Part shown: one piece after another, positions 47,356 through 57,654 of the stretch
Numbering within the stretch: the stretch's first letter is position 1
Layout: every line of letters begins with the position of its first letter
Assembly: GCA_902627495.1 (NCBI GenBank)
Contig: CACOJS010000001.1
Coordinates: 76,113-140,112, forward strand
Reading direction: 5' to 3'
Source of the DNA: Hydrogenophilales bacterium
GTDB lineage: Bacteria; Pseudomonadota; Gammaproteobacteria; Burkholderiales; Eutrophovitaceae
Length of the DNA: 64,000 bases
The notes under the pieces: model-generated
What the model was told of the DNA's origin: nothing
Databases searched by the model: none
What the model saw: the letters and a program-made list of their open reading frames with translations, nothing else
Made by a program: the position numbers and the translations under genes

Positions 47356-50163
47356 TTACTCGGGAAGAGAGCGAATCTGAATACCGAGCTTGCCAACTTT
47401 TTTTCTCAGTGATTCCAGACGATCTTTTTCCTTTCTTACAACTAATTCCGGTGCTTTTTCTATAAAATTTTGATTTGACAATTTTTGCTCTAGTTTTCTT
47501 ATGTCCTCATTGTGAGTATTTAGCAGTTTCTCTAGTCGATTTCTTTCTAAATTAATATCGATCTCTAATTCAAGCATGATTTTAAAGTTGCCAATAATTG
47601 AGACTGGCGATCTATCGTATTTACTATCCGTTTGAGATACATGAATAACATCTGATACCTTTGCCAGATGGATGATATGGGTCTTCCACATATTTATAAT
47701 TTTGATATCGCCCTCAATTAGAAGTGGAACTCTTTTATCAGGACCAAGTTTCATTTCAGCTTTTATTTTACGGCACCCCACGACAATATCTTTAAAAGTT
47801 TGAATTGCTGAGACCGCCTGAGTGTCAATCTTTTCTTTTTTGAATTTGGGGTATTCAGAAATGACTATACTGTCACCAGGTCTGCCAGCTAGTGGCGCTA
47901 CTTTCTGCCAAAGCTCTTCAGTTATAAACGGAATGATAGGGTGACTAAGCCGCAATATTGTTTCTAGCACTCGTAAAAGTGTCCTGCGGGTTGCACGGCA
48001 CTGTGCCAGATCTCCATTTGCAATTTGGCTTTTTGCTATTTCTAGGTACCAGTCGCAGTACTCATCCCATACCAAGCGATAAAGGGCAGATGCAACGAGA
48101 TCAAATCTATATTTATCATAGTTATCCTCCATTTCATTGATAGTTTGATTCAGTTTGGTGACTATCCATTTATCAGCATGAGAAAAATTAAGATAGCCCC
48201 CTGGTCCGCACTCTTCTGCTGAATGGGGTTTTAATCCGTTATCGTGATTATCACATTGGATAAGTACAAACCTTGTGGCGTTCCATAGTTTGTTACAGAA
48301 ATTTCGGTACCCTTCGCATCTTTTTAGGTCAAAGTTGAGCGTCCTAGAAAAATTTGCGAGGGATGAAAACGTAAATCGAAGAGCATCCGCTCCATACGGT
48401 TTAATGCCAGAGGGAAAGTTTTTTTTAATATATCCTTCAATCTTTTCTTTGTGTTGGTTTTTTAGCAGCCCTTCTGTTGATTTTACTAATAAATCTGTCA
48501 TCTTGATCCCATCAATTAAATCTATCGGATCTAGAGTGTTTCCTTTTGATTTAGACATTTTATTCCCATCTGCGTCTCGTACGAGTGCATTTATATAAAC
48601 CTTTTTGAAGGGTATTTTATTAGTAAACTTCAGAGACATCATTATCATTCTAGCTACCCAAAAGAAAATAATATCAAACCCGGTTATAAGTACATTTGAT
48701 GGGAGAAAGAGTTCTAAATCTTTAGTTTTTCTTGGCCAACCAAGCGATGTGAAGGGTACTAAGGCCGACGAGAACCACGTGTCTAGGACATCTGGGTCTC
48801 GGCTTAGATCTCCTGTTATTCCTTGAGATTTAGCTTTTAGACGGGCCTCTTCCTCATTGTGAGCTACAACGAAATTTCCATCCTTATCATGCCATGCGGG
48901 TATCTGATGTCCCCACCATAACTGCCTAGAAATACACCAATCTCGAATATTATCTAACCAGTGGTAGTAAGTATTGGCCCAGTTACCAGGAATAAACTCT
49001 ATGTCCCCCCCCTCAACAGCTTTTCTGGCAGCATCAGCTAAGGACGCCGTTTTGACAAACCATTGTTCAGTTAACATGGGCTCAACGATACACCCTGTAC
49101 GCCCCGACCTCGGTATCTTTAATAGATGCGGTTTCTCAGAAACTAATAAATTTTCGTTTTGTAGCTCTTTTAAAACCTCTAATCTTCCCTCCTCGCGACT
49201 CAAACCCTCAAGCCTATCTGGACAGTTTTTGTTAAGAGTCCCTTGTGGCGTAAAAATATTGATAGTATCTAGTTGGTGGCGAAGTCCAACTTCATAGTCA
49301 TTAAAGTCATGTGCAGGTGTAATTTTTACGCAGCCGCTGCCAAACTCAGGGTCTACATAATCATCAGCAATAATGGGAACCAATCGGTTAGTAATGGGCA
49401 CAATTGCAGTTTTTCCAACGAATTTTTGGTACCTCTGGTCTGATGGGGATACTGCAAGTGCAGTGTCTCCTAACAATGTTTCCGGACGGGTCGTAGCCAC
49501 CATTAGGAATTCCTCGGAGTTGGAAACTTGATATTTAATCTCCCATATTTCCCCTTTTTCCTCCTGACTCTCAACCTCTAAGTCAGAAACAGCTGTCTCA
49601 AGGGTTGGGTCCCAGTTGACTAGCCTCTTTCCTCTATAAATGAGGCCTTCTTCATACAATTTTATAAAGACGTTGGTTACGGATTCCGACATCCTCTTGT
49701 CCATTGTGAAGTAACCAGCACCGATTTTTTCAGAATCAGCGTATGACCAGTTAGCAGATGCTCCGATTCGCCTCATTTGATTGGTTATTGTGGAGCCCGA
49801 TTTCTTTTTCCATTGCCAAACTTTTTCTAAAAAAGCTTCTCTCCCAATTTCATGTTTGTTGATACCCTGGGTTTCAAGTTGCCTTTCAACAACAATTTGT
49901 GTTGCTATCCCAGCATGATCAGTCCCAACAATCCAGTTGGTATTAAAACCCTTCATTCGGTGATAGCGAACTAGAATATCCATAAGTGTCTGTTGGAAGG
50001 CATGCCCCATATGTAGGGTTCCTGTTACATTAGGTGGGGGAAGTTGTATGCAAAAGTTTTCCTTGTCGCTTACCGTGTCTGCTCGGAAAAAACCATTTCT
50101 TTCCCAAGTCTCATACCATTTTTCCTCCAGAGATTTGGGAGAAAAGTTTTTTTCAATTTCCAT
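47356..50163 (-). CDS. valS: Valine--tRNA ligase
   Basis: Class I HIGH (PPNVTGTLHMGH) and KMSKS motifs. CP1 editing domain. C-terminal coiled coil. Size is 935 aa. Confidence 0.97.
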   Translation of the reverse strand: MEIEKNFSPKSLEEKWYETWERNGFFRADTVSDKENFCIQLPPPNVTGTLHMGHAFQQTLMDILVRYHRMKGFNTNWIVGTDHAGIATQIVVERQLETQGINKHEIGREAFLEKVWQWKKKSGSTITNQMRRIGASANWSYADSEKIGAGYFTMDKRMSESVTNVFIKLYEEGLIYRGKRLVNWDPTLETAVSDLEVESQEEKGEIWEIKYQVSNSEEFLMVATTRPETLLGDTALAVSPSDQRYQKFVGKTAIVPITNRLVPIIADDYVDPEFGSGCVKITPAHDFNDYEVGLRHQLDTINIFTPQGTLNKNCPDRLEGLSREEGRLEVLKELQNENLLVSEKPHLLKIPRSGRTGCIVEPMLTEQWFVKTASLADAARKAVEGGDIEFIPGNWANTYYHWLDNIRDWCISRQLWWGHQIPAWHDKDGNFVVAHNEEEARLKAKSQGITGDLSRDPDVLDTWFSSALVPFTSLGWPRKTKDLELFLPSNVLITGFDIIFFWVARMIMMSLKFTNKIPFKKVYINALVRDADGNKMSKSKGNTLDPIDLIDGIKMTDLLVKSTEGLLKNQHKEKIEGYIKKNFPSGIKPYGADALRFTFSSLANFSRTLNFDLKRCEGYRNFCNKLWNATRFVLIQCDNHDNGLKPHSAEECGPGGYLNFSHADKWIVTKLNQTINEMEDNYDKYRFDLVASALYRLVWDEYCDWYLEIAKSQIANGDLAQCRATRRTLLRVLETILRLSHPIIPFITEELWQKVAPLAGRPGDSIVISEYPKFKKEKIDTQAVSAIQTFKDIVVGCRKIKAEMKLGPDKRVPLLIEGDIKIINMWKTHIIHLAKVSDVIHVSQTDSKYDRSPVSIIGNFKIMLELEIDINLERNRLEKLLNTHNEDIRKLEQKLSNQNFIEKAPELVVRKEKDRLESLRKKVGKLGIQIRSLPE

Positions 50164-50196
50164 ATTAATTGTTTTTAAGATTTATTGCTTATGCGA

Positions 50197-50439
50197 TTAG
50201 GAGTTGTTTGAGAAAATATTCTTTGTTGTATTATATGCTTGAGATATAAGGTACTCACCGATTAACTCAATTTTTTTTTGGTGCTTAGGGTATTGTTTTT
50301 GCAAAATTATGATTTCCTTTGATATAACCTGTTTCATTCTTTTGGGCATTACCTCTTCGAGTTTTATATTTTCTGTCTCCAGCAAACTTTTTCCTGGGCC
50401 AGCAACAGCATTTGTTAATGTGGGTGTAGAATTCGCCAT
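50197..50439 (-). CDS. Hypothetical small protein (80 aa)
   Basis: This is the only sizeable ORF in the holC-valS gap and is co-oriented with both genes. An open frame of 80 codons is non-trivial in AT-rich DNA. There is no recognisable motif and no clear SD. Confidence 0.4.
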   Translation of the reverse strand: MANSTPTLTNAVAGPGKSLLETENIKLEEVMPKRMKQVISKEIIILQKQYPKHQKKIELIGEYLISQAYNTTKNIFSNNS

Positions 50440-50491
50440 GAATTTTCGCTACGTTATTATAGTCTTGTTAAATAGATATATTGGGTCGTTT

Positions 50492-50914
50492 TTAAGATTT
50501 ATCTAGTTGATGGGTTTTCAATGGGTACCCTCGATGCCTATAAAACTTGAATCTTACGCGAGCCTCTTTTTGGATTCTGTCTTCTTGGTTGACAATCTCT
50601 ATTAGCCTGTCAAAAGAACTGAAAGATTTGGGTATTTCATTAGTGAGGTTGATTAAAACTCCAGAATGCCTTAACAAGTCAGATCGATGGTCGATTATTA
50701 TTGGTGTTTTAGGCTGCAAAGAACTGCTGCCGTCACAATTTGGCAAAAAGCTAGTTGGGGAGTCTAACCATAATAAGTCCCCAATCTTTTGTGAAACATC
50801 ATCACTTGAAGTAATTACAGATATTCTCATCTTTTGCTTAAGTGCCCTTTTACAAACTTGAATGGCGACGGCAAATCTGTCTTGGGCCTGAGCATAAAAC
50901 GTAATATAGGTCAT
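50492..50914 (-). CDS. holC: DNA polymerase III chi subunit
   Basis: A 140-aa protein with an N-terminal F-Y...........A.Q.C.RA.K...R..V......V...I.DLLW pattern. The conserved pepA-holC-valS context supports the call. Confidence 0.85.
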   Translation of the reverse strand: MTYITFYAQAQDRFAVAIQVCKRALKQKMRISVITSSDDVSQKIGDLLWLDSPTSFLPNCDGSSSLQPKTPIIIDHRSDLLRHSGVLINLTNEIPKSFSSFDRLIEIVNQEDRIQKEARVRFKFYRHRGYPLKTHQLDKS

Positions 50915-50952
50915 TACTTTTTCTCGTTACACTCAGGCTTATTCATTAATCG

Positions 50953-52434
50953 CTACCATCCAGATTTGGACATCAAAAATTCACACAAAAGAGGGACTGG
51001 TCGCCCTGTGGACCCTTTAGCCTTACCAGATACCCATGCAGTACCAGCTATATCAAGGTGAGCCCAAGGAAAATTTGCAAATTTTTCCAAAAAGCACGCA
51101 GCAGTGATACTCCCCGCCGCTCTTCCACCAATATTAGCAACATCAGCGAAATTGCTTTCTAATTGTTTGTGATAATCATCCCACGTTGGTAGTCTCCAAA
51201 CCCTGTCCCATGCTTTTTCTCCAGCAATTTCTACTTGGTTTGCCAACTCATCGTTGTTACTGAATAATCCGCTAGCAACATTTCCTAGTGCTACGACACA
51301 AGCTCCTGTTAGCGTAGCAACATCGATTACTGCTGTAGGTTTAAACCTAGCCGCATAGGTTAGGGCATCGCATAAAATTAATCTTCCTTCAGCGTCGGTA
51401 TTTAATATCTCAATAGTTTTTCCAGACATACTGCGTACTACGTCTGACGGTCGCGTAGCTGCACCTCCGGGCATGTTCTCGCAAGTTGGAACCAGTCCAA
51501 TGACGTTCATTGGCAAGTTCATACGAGCCACTGCTTGCATTGTGCCAATTACACTGCCCGCCCCCGACATATCGTACTTCATTTCATCCATACCACTAGA
51601 AGGTTTTAACGAAATTCCTCCCGTATCAAACGTGATTCCTTTACCAATAAGAACTACAGGCTTTTGAGTTTTTCGACCTCCCGTGTATTTGATTATTATG
51701 AACTGAGGAGGTTCGTAACTTCCATTCGAAACTGATAGTAGCGAGCCCATTCCTAGAGATTCCATATTTTTCCGTGATAATACACTAACTGCAACATTTT
51801 TTAATCGACCTAGATTTTTTGATTTTTTGGCAAGAAAACTAGGTGTACATGTGTTGGGCGGTAGGTTGCCGAGCTCCTTCGCGAGATTTGATCCCTCACC
51901 AATTGCCTTGCCCCTCTTGAATGCTTCTCGAATTTCAATTTTTTCGTCAAGAGTACTAGTTATATTAATTTTCTTTAGTAAATATCTCCCCGGTTTTGTT
52001 TTTAGGGTATTCTCATATTTGTAGTTACTTTCGGTTAGTACTCGAGAGATTGTTTGAACTAAAAATTCTAGATCGTATTTGAGGTTTTTAAGGTCATTAG
52101 AAAAAAGTGTAATCTCAGTCACATTATGCTTTTTGAGTGCATCATAGGCTGTGTTCAATGCCCTTACAAACTTACCCCGGTCCATGGTATTTTTTTCTCC
52201 CATCCCCACTAACAAAATACTACTGAAAGGAGCAAACAAGCTGTTCGTTAGATACAGAGTTTCTCCAGTATTTCCGTAAAAACCGTTTTCCCTTGGGGAT
52301 TTTTTTAAGAAAGTGTTTGTAAATTTATTGAAGCCTTTTAAGGAGGAAAGTTTAAGATTTGAGTGCAGCAGCAATACAGCACAACCTTTTCCTAACTTTT
52401 CAGAGGGGCCTATTTTTATGCTAAAGTCCATCAA
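50953..52434 (-). CDS. pepA: Leucyl aminopeptidase (M17)
   Basis: NTDAEGRLILCD motif, GKGITFDTGG, and the M17 catalytic domain. Confidence 0.95.
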   Translation of the reverse strand: MMDFSIKIGPSEKLGKGCAVLLLHSNLKLSSLKGFNKFTNTFLKKSPRENGFYGNTGETLYLTNSLFAPFSSILLVGMGEKNTMDRGKFVRALNTAYDALKKHNVTEITLFSNDLKNLKYDLEFLVQTISRVLTESNYKYENTLKTKPGRYLLKKINITSTLDEKIEIREAFKRGKAIGEGSNLAKELGNLPPNTCTPSFLAKKSKNLGRLKNVAVSVLSRKNMESLGMGSLLSVSNGSYEPPQFIIIKYTGGRKTQKPVVLIGKGITFDTGGISLKPSSGMDEMKYDMSGAGSVIGTMQAVARMNLPMNVIGLVPTCENMPGGAATRPSDVVRSMSGKTIEILNTDAEGRLILCDALTYAARFKPTAVIDVATLTGACVVALGNVASGLFSNNDELANQVEIAGEKAWDRVWRLPTWDDYHKQLESNFADVANIGGRAAGSITAACFLEKFANFPWAHLDIAGTAWVSGKAKGSTGRPVPLLCEFLMSKSGW

Positions 52435-52503
52435 AGATTCTCCAAGTTATTCTGAGATATTACGAATTATGTATTCTCGAACGCTTAAAAGTCAAAAATA
52501 GTC

Positions 52504-53592
52504 ATGTTATTTCAAAAATCGTTACTAAAGGAATATACCGAAGCTGGAACTGGCACCTTTCTTGTTTTATGTGGTATCACCTTGACAACACAGTTCATTA
52601 GGTTTTTGGGTTACGCTGCAAAGGGTAGTATTTCTACGGATGCAGTCTTTACTTTTCTAGGCTTCTCAGCGTTAAGGTATTTGCCTGTTGTAATTTTGGT
52701 AACTATATTCACGTCAATTCTTTTGGTGTTAAGCAGGAGTTTCCGTGACTCAGAAATGGTAGTCTGGTTTTCATCTGGACAGTCCCTAAACCGCTGGATA
52801 GCTCCGACACTAGTTTATGCAGCGCCCCTGATACTAATAGTAGGAATTTTGAGTCTTTTTCTGACTCCATGGGCTTCTCAGAAAACCGAGGAATTCAAAC
52901 GTCAATTACAGAGCCAGGATGAGGTCTCTGCGATATCACCGGGAGTTTTTAAAGAATCAAAACAAGGAGAAAGAGTATTTTTTGTGGATAAATTAGCGAT
53001 GGATTTAACAGTTGTCCAAAATATATTTATATACTCCAAGGATGGTGATGAGTCGGGAGTTACGGTTGCCAAACAGGGTTATCAAGAACTAATGCCCTCT
53101 GGAGAAAATTATTTAGTTTTAGAAAAGGGAAGAAGATACACAGGAGTACCAGGTTCAGCAGAATTTAAGTTAGTTGAGTTTGATAAATATGGTGTCCTAC
53201 TAGAGGCAAAAAAGCTTGAAAAATATGTTCCCGATGTTAAAGCTAGATCAACGAAGAGCCTTCTTAATCAAACAGATCAAAAATCTAAGGCAGAGCTAAT
53301 ATGGCGCCTAGGATTTCCGATAAGTGCGGCAATTTTGGCTTTGATGGCAATTCCCCTTTCATTTGTAAATCCTCGAACTGGTAGGTCTGCAAATTTGTTA
53401 CTAGCTATTTTAGTCTATTTGGTCTATAGCAACGTTCTTAATATGATGCAGGCTTGGGTAGCCCAGAATATAATATCGCCTGCTTTTGGATTACTTTCCG
53501 TACACTTGTCGATGATTTTGATTATCATTCTGCTTTTTTATTTTTGGTCGCCGATCAACCGAAAGAGTTTAATGGAGAGATTTACGTCATGA
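52504..53592 (+). CDS. lptF: LPS export ABC transporter permease LptF
   Basis: YjgP/YjgQ permease family. It lies divergent from pepA and precedes lptG with an ATGA overlap. Confidence 0.9.
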   Translation: MLFQKSLLKEYTEAGTGTFLVLCGITLTTQFIRFLGYAAKGSISTDAVFTFLGFSALRYLPVVILVTIFTSILLVLSRSFRDSEMVVWFSSGQSLNRWIAPTLVYAAPLILIVGILSLFLTPWASQKTEEFKRQLQSQDEVSAISPGVFKESKQGERVFFVDKLAMDLTVVQNIFIYSKDGDESGVTVAKQGYQELMPSGENYLVLEKGRRYTGVPGSAEFKLVEFDKYGVLLEAKKLEKYVPDVKARSTKSLLNQTDQKSKAELIWRLGFPISAAILALMAIPLSFVNPRTGRSANLLLAILVYLVYSNVLNMMQAWVAQNIISPAFGLLSVHLSMILIIILLFYFWSPINRKSLMERFTS

Positions 53593-54665
53593 AGACATTA
53601 AGGCGATATATTGGTAGAGAAATATATGTTGCTACTGGTCTGGTATTTTTAGCTCTTTTAGCACTTTTTGGGTTTTTTGATTTTATTCATGAATTAGGAG
53701 ATCTTGACCAAGGTAGATATCATATAGGGGCTGCCTTAATGTATGTTTTTTTTAGCTTGCCTGGTCGAGCGTATGAAGTGTTACCGGTGGCGGTGCTAAT
53801 AGGAGCTCTTTTTTCTCTAAGTAATTTTGTCTCCACCTCTGAATATGCTGTAATGAGAGCCTCGGGTTTATCAATGCGTCGTACGATAGCGATATTAGTT
53901 CAAATAGGTTTGGTTTTATCGTTAGCCACTTTTCTTTTTGGGGAGTTTATAGCACCAATAAGTGAGCAGGCCGCACAAAAACTAAGATTGAAAGCCACAA
54001 CCAGCAATGTGATCGCCCAAAATTTTCGTTCAGGACTGTGGGTTAAAGATGACAATAAATTTGTAAATGTCGCCAGAGTCATGCCTGAAAACGTTATGCA
54101 CAATATCAAAATTTATGAGTTTGATTCTAGGTATAGATTAAGAACTATTAGTCATGTTAGGCGTGGGGAATATCAAAAATCTAATAATTGGTTATTAAGA
54201 GACATGACTTTAACAATTTTTTCAGAAGGCAAGGTGGAGGTGAGGCAGGTTCCTTTAACTAATTGGCAATCCATCTTAAGTCCATCCATCCTAAACATGC
54301 TCATGGTGGTTCCAGAGCAAATGTCGGTTCTTGACTTGTATTCTTTTATTGGCCACTTAAAAAATAACCGGCAGGACGCGGCCCGTTATGAGATAGCACT
54401 CTGGCAAAAACTAGTATACCCATTTGCTGTATTGGTGATGATAATTATAGCTCTTCCATTTGCTAACTTTAAAGGTCGTCAACTCGGGGTTGGAGTTAAG
54501 ATTTTTTTCGGAATTATGCTCGGCTTGTTTTTTCACTTAGCAAATAGATTATTTGGTCATATTGGACTGTTAAACGCGTGGTCACCTGTGGTCAGTGCTG
54601 TGCTGCCCACTATACTGTTTGTGGGTATCGCCATTTTTCTTCTGAGGAGAGAGGAAAGACGATAA
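53589..54665 (+). CDS. lptG: LPS export ABC transporter permease LptG
   Basis: Start at ATG 53589 (MKTLRRYIGREIY...), overlapping the lptF stop (ATGA). The ORF-track start at 53454 would add 45 aa lying inside lptF. Confidence 0.9.
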   Translation: MKTLRRYIGREIYVATGLVFLALLALFGFFDFIHELGDLDQGRYHIGAALMYVFFSLPGRAYEVLPVAVLIGALFSLSNFVSTSEYAVMRASGLSMRRTIAILVQIGLVLSLATFLFGEFIAPISEQAAQKLRLKATTSNVIAQNFRSGLWVKDDNKFVNVARVMPENVMHNIKIYEFDSRYRLRTISHVRRGEYQKSNNWLLRDMTLTIFSEGKVEVRQVPLTNWQSILSPSILNMLMVVPEQMSVLDLYSFIGHLKNNRQDAARYEIALWQKLVYPFAVLVMIIIALPFANFKGRQLGVGVKIFFGIMLGLFFHLANRLFGHIGLLNAWSPVVSAVLPTILFVGIAIFLLRREERR

Positions 54666-54667
54666 TT

Positions 54668-55114
54668 TTATTGGCTTATATCAATTACCTCTGTTCTTGA
54701 TAGATAGTCGTGAAGGGAGCGGTTTTGTTTGTCAACGAGTATCCAAAAGAAACCAACCAAAAAAACAGCACTAGGTATGCCGACAAGGTATCTTAAAATA
54801 CTTCTCTGGACTGTTAGTGAATTGCCTTCGCTAGTTACAACTTTAAGGTGCCAAGTTTTCATGGCTAATGTTTGTCCAGATAGGGTCCAACATGAGATGA
54901 AATAAATTCCACACACAAAAATAAGATATATTTGAAAAACTAAAACAGGAGTCTCTTTTAGTACTTGGAGGAAAAATGCAACATAGAGGTAGCTTGCTAT
55001 AAAACAAATGCTTGTAACCAAAATACATTCATACAACAGGGATCCTAAAATTATAAGTAGCTTGGGTTTCTTCACGAGTTCTCGTTGGTACATGATAGAC
55101 CGTATTTTAACCAT
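54668..55114 (-). CDS. RDD-family membrane protein
   Basis: Three TM segments and a C-terminal ...RSLHDYLSRTEV (R..D..D-type motif). Confidence 0.7.
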   Translation of the reverse strand: MVKIRSIMYQRELVKKPKLLIILGSLLYECILVTSICFIASYLYVAFFLQVLKETPVLVFQIYLIFVCGIYFISCWTLSGQTLAMKTWHLKVVTSEGNSLTVQRSILRYLVGIPSAVFLVGFFWILVDKQNRSLHDYLSRTEVIDISQ

Positions 55115-55180
55115 ATATTTCTAGTTTGAGAGAGTTTTTGTTGAAAGGCGGTAATTGGTTTAGAATAGAGAGAGATTTTT

Positions 55181-55759
55181 ATGACAGCCACCAATTTAAG
55201 TGATCATTTTCTGATAGCAATGCCAAGTTTGGTTGACTCCTGCTTCGAGGGAACTTTGACCTACATCTGTGATCATTCCCCATCTAGTGGGGCCATGGGG
55301 GTCGTAGTTAACAAGCCACTGGAAGCATCTTTGTCTGCTCTACTCCAAAATATAGATGTCTCCCAGAAAAAAAACTTAATGGGTACAGTACCGTTATATT
55401 TTGGAGGACCAGTGCAGGTTGATCATGGGTTTGTCCTACACCGACCACCAGGTAATTGGGGGTCGACGATGGCGATAAACAAAGAGGTTGGTCTTACCAC
55501 CTCAACCGATATACTGGGGGCACTTGGGTCCGAGGAATCTAGTGGTTCCTTGGCACCTGGTGACTATATTGTCACCGTGGGGTATGCTGGATGGTCGCCA
55601 GGGCAATTGGAAGATGAAATTTGTATGAATTCTTGGCTTAGTGTTAGGGCAGAGCCTGCAATAATATTTGATATTCCGTCTGACAAGAGGTTAAAAGCAG
55701 CTATGGAACTTATTGGAGTCTCTCCGCTTACTTTATCCAGTGGCTTTGGACGTGCGTAA
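55181..55759 (+). CDS. algH: YqgE/AlgH-family protein (UPF0301)
   Basis: LIAMPSL.DS.F..T.TYICDHS..GAMGVVVNKP pattern. Confidence 0.88.
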   Translation: MTATNLSDHFLIAMPSLVDSCFEGTLTYICDHSPSSGAMGVVVNKPLEASLSALLQNIDVSQKKNLMGTVPLYFGGPVQVDHGFVLHRPPGNWGSTMAINKEVGLTTSTDILGALGSEESSGSLAPGDYIVTVGYAGWSPGQLEDEICMNSWLSVRAEPAIIFDIPSDKRLKAAMELIGVSPLTLSSGFGRA

Positions 55760-55791
55760 AGTTAAAGGTATAGCAATGGGAAAATACGCTT

Positions 55792-56205
55792 GTGGCTACA
55801 GTAATAGCTTTTGATTATGGAAAGCGACGTGTGGGGGTAGCAATTGGAGATTTGCGACTGCGGATTGCTCATCCGTTAGATACAATTGATTGTAGTGATC
55901 AGCAGAGATTTGAAGAGAAATTAAAGGGCTTACTTAATGAGTGGAGTCCTAGCCAGCTTATAGTTGGAATGCCGGTAGATCCAAAAGGTGGAGAGCACTC
56001 TCTCTCTAAGAGTGTTAGAGAGTTTGGACGTAAGGTTAGTACAATATTTAAGTCTCCAGTGGTTTTTGTTAATGAAAATTACACTTCCGTGGAGGCTGAA
56101 AGTTTCCTCAATTCAATTGGTTTAAGGGGTATCTCCCAGAAAAAACATTTAGATTCAGTAGCCGCAAAAACTATACTAGAAGACTACTTTGAGAATTATG
56201 AGTAA
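55792..56205 (+). CDS. ruvX: Holliday-junction-resolvase-like pre-16S rRNA nuclease YqgF/RuvX
   Basis: IAFDYGKRRVGVAIGD N-terminus. NENYTS..AE motif. GTG start. Confidence 0.9.
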   Translation: MATVIAFDYGKRRVGVAIGDLRLRIAHPLDTIDCSDQQRFEEKLKGLLNEWSPSQLIVGMPVDPKGGEHSLSKSVREFGRKVSTIFKSPVVFVNENYTSVEAESFLNSIGLRGISQKKHLDSVAAKTILEDYFENYE

Positions 56206-56707
56206 AGCCTTTCCAAAAGCTGAAGATTTGTTTTTATGTCTAAAGGATGCAGTAAGAGAGCAGGTGTCAGATCAAACAGCAATGGTAGGAATACATACAG
56301 GGGGTGCCTGGGTCGCGAAGCGTCTGCATAAGGTCCTTGGCTTAAATTTACCCCTGGGAGAGATTGACGTTTCATTCTATAGAGACGATTTTGCCCAAAG
56401 AGGGTTAAAAAGTCGAGTTCAGCCATCTAGTATCGAATTCGAGGTGAATGACCGAGAAATATTATTGATAGACGATGTGTTGTATTCAGGGAGAACTATC
56501 AGAGCCGCTATGAATGAGATTTTTGACCACGGTCGGCCGAAGAAAGTTATGTTAGGAGTCTTATTGGACAGAGGTGGCCGTCAACTACCCATAGATGCAA
56601 ATTTTGTTGGTGGTAAAGTCTATCTTAAGGAGGTAGAGAGAATTGCCCTTACTAAATCTGACGATGAACTCTTTGAGTTTGTTATTCGATCAGGCGTGGA
56701 GACATGA
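56198..56707 (+). CDS. pyrR: PyrR bifunctional pyrimidine regulatory protein / uracil phosphoribosyltransferase
   Basis: PRPP-binding motif [14 protein letters not shown] prefer the ATG at 56198, where the ORF track uses TTG 56189. It overlaps the ruvX stop. Confidence 0.88.
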   Translation: MSKAFPKAEDLFLCLKDAVREQVSDQTAMVGIHTGGAWVAKRLHKVLGLNLPLGEIDVSFYRDDFAQRGLKSRVQPSSIEFEVNDREILLIDDVLYSGRTIRAAMNEIFDHGRPKKVMLGVLLDRGGRQLPIDANFVGGKVYLKEVERIALTKSDDELFEFVIRSGVET

Positions 56708-57654
56708 ATCTCCAGTTAAGTAGAACTGGAGAAATGAGGCACCTTTTAACAATAGAGGGGTTGCCCAAGCAAGTCATATATGATGTCTTAGACGCGGCGG
56801 AATCGTTTATGCCAGTTACGAAAAGAGATGTCAAGAAGGTTCCACTTCTTAGAGGTAAAACAATATTCAATTTGTTTTTTGAGTCAAGTACTCGCACTCG
56901 GACTACCTTTGAAATTGCAGCTAAAAGGCTGTCGGCGGATGTTATTAATATCAACGTGGGAACGTCGGCGGTAGCCAAAGGTGAAAGTCTTTTAGATACT
57001 ATCGCCAATCTTTCAGCAATGAACGCTGATATGTTTGTAGTAAGACATGGACAAAGTGGTGCTCCTCATCTTATTGCCAAGTATGTCCCACCGCATATTA
57101 ATGTGATAAATGCTGGGGATGGATCGCATGCTCATCCAACTCAGGCACTCTTGGATATGTACACCATAAGGTATTTCAAAAAAAAATTTGAAGGACTTCG
57201 TGTAGCAATAGTTGGGGACATTAGTCACTCTCGGGTTGCAAGGTCTCAGATTCATGCCCTAACTACACTCGGTGCAAGTGAAGTAAGGGTAATCGCCCCC
57301 AAAACATTGCTGCCTGCAAATGTTGAAAATTTAGGAGTCTCAGTCTATAACGATATAGCTTTAGGCCTCCAAGAAGTGGATGTAATTATCATGTTGAGGC
57401 TCCAAAGGGAGAGAATGAGCGGTGTAAATTTGCCTAGTTCCCAAGAGTTCTATAGTGCCTATGGGTTGACCCAGAAGAGACTTTCTTTGGCAAAGTCTGA
57501 CGCGATTGTTATGCATCCAGGACCTATAAATCGGGGTGTTGAAATTGAATCGCTAGTTGCCGATGGCCGATCATCGGTAATTCTTCCACAGGTAACTTTT
57601 GGAATAGCAATACGGATGGCGGTAATGTCCATTTTAGCGGGACAGGCCAAATGA
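56704..57654 (+). CDS. pyrB: Aspartate carbamoyltransferase catalytic subunit
   Basis: FFE.STRTR.TFE, HPTQ and HPGP motifs. ATGA overlaps on both sides. Confidence 0.95.
   Translation: MNLQLSRTGEMRHLLTIEGLPKQVIYDVLDAAESFMPVTKRDVKKVPLLRGKTIFNLFFESSTRTRTTFEIAAKRLSADVININVGTSAVAKGESLLDTIANLSAMNADMFVVRHGQSGAPHLIAKYVPPHINVINAGDGSHAHPTQALLDMYTIRYFKKKFEGLRVAIVGDISHSRVARSQIHALTTLGASEVRVIAPKTLLPANVENLGVSVYNDIALGLQEVDVIIMLRLQRERMSGVNLPSSQEFYSAYGLTQKRLSLAKSDAIVMHPGPINRGVEIESLVADGRSSVILPQVTFGIAIRMAVMSILAGQAK

Noticed and set aside
53454-53588. A 45-codon N-terminal extension of lptG in the ORF track. Similar extensions occur on the porin (44587-44691), rpe (39104-39148), miaB (35294-35329), mltA (38877-38966) and trpE (40612-40626).
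   Set aside because: The extensions overlap upstream genes or lack homology-like N-termini. Internal ATG codons give canonical N-termini or signal peptides, often with an SD or an ATGA overlap.
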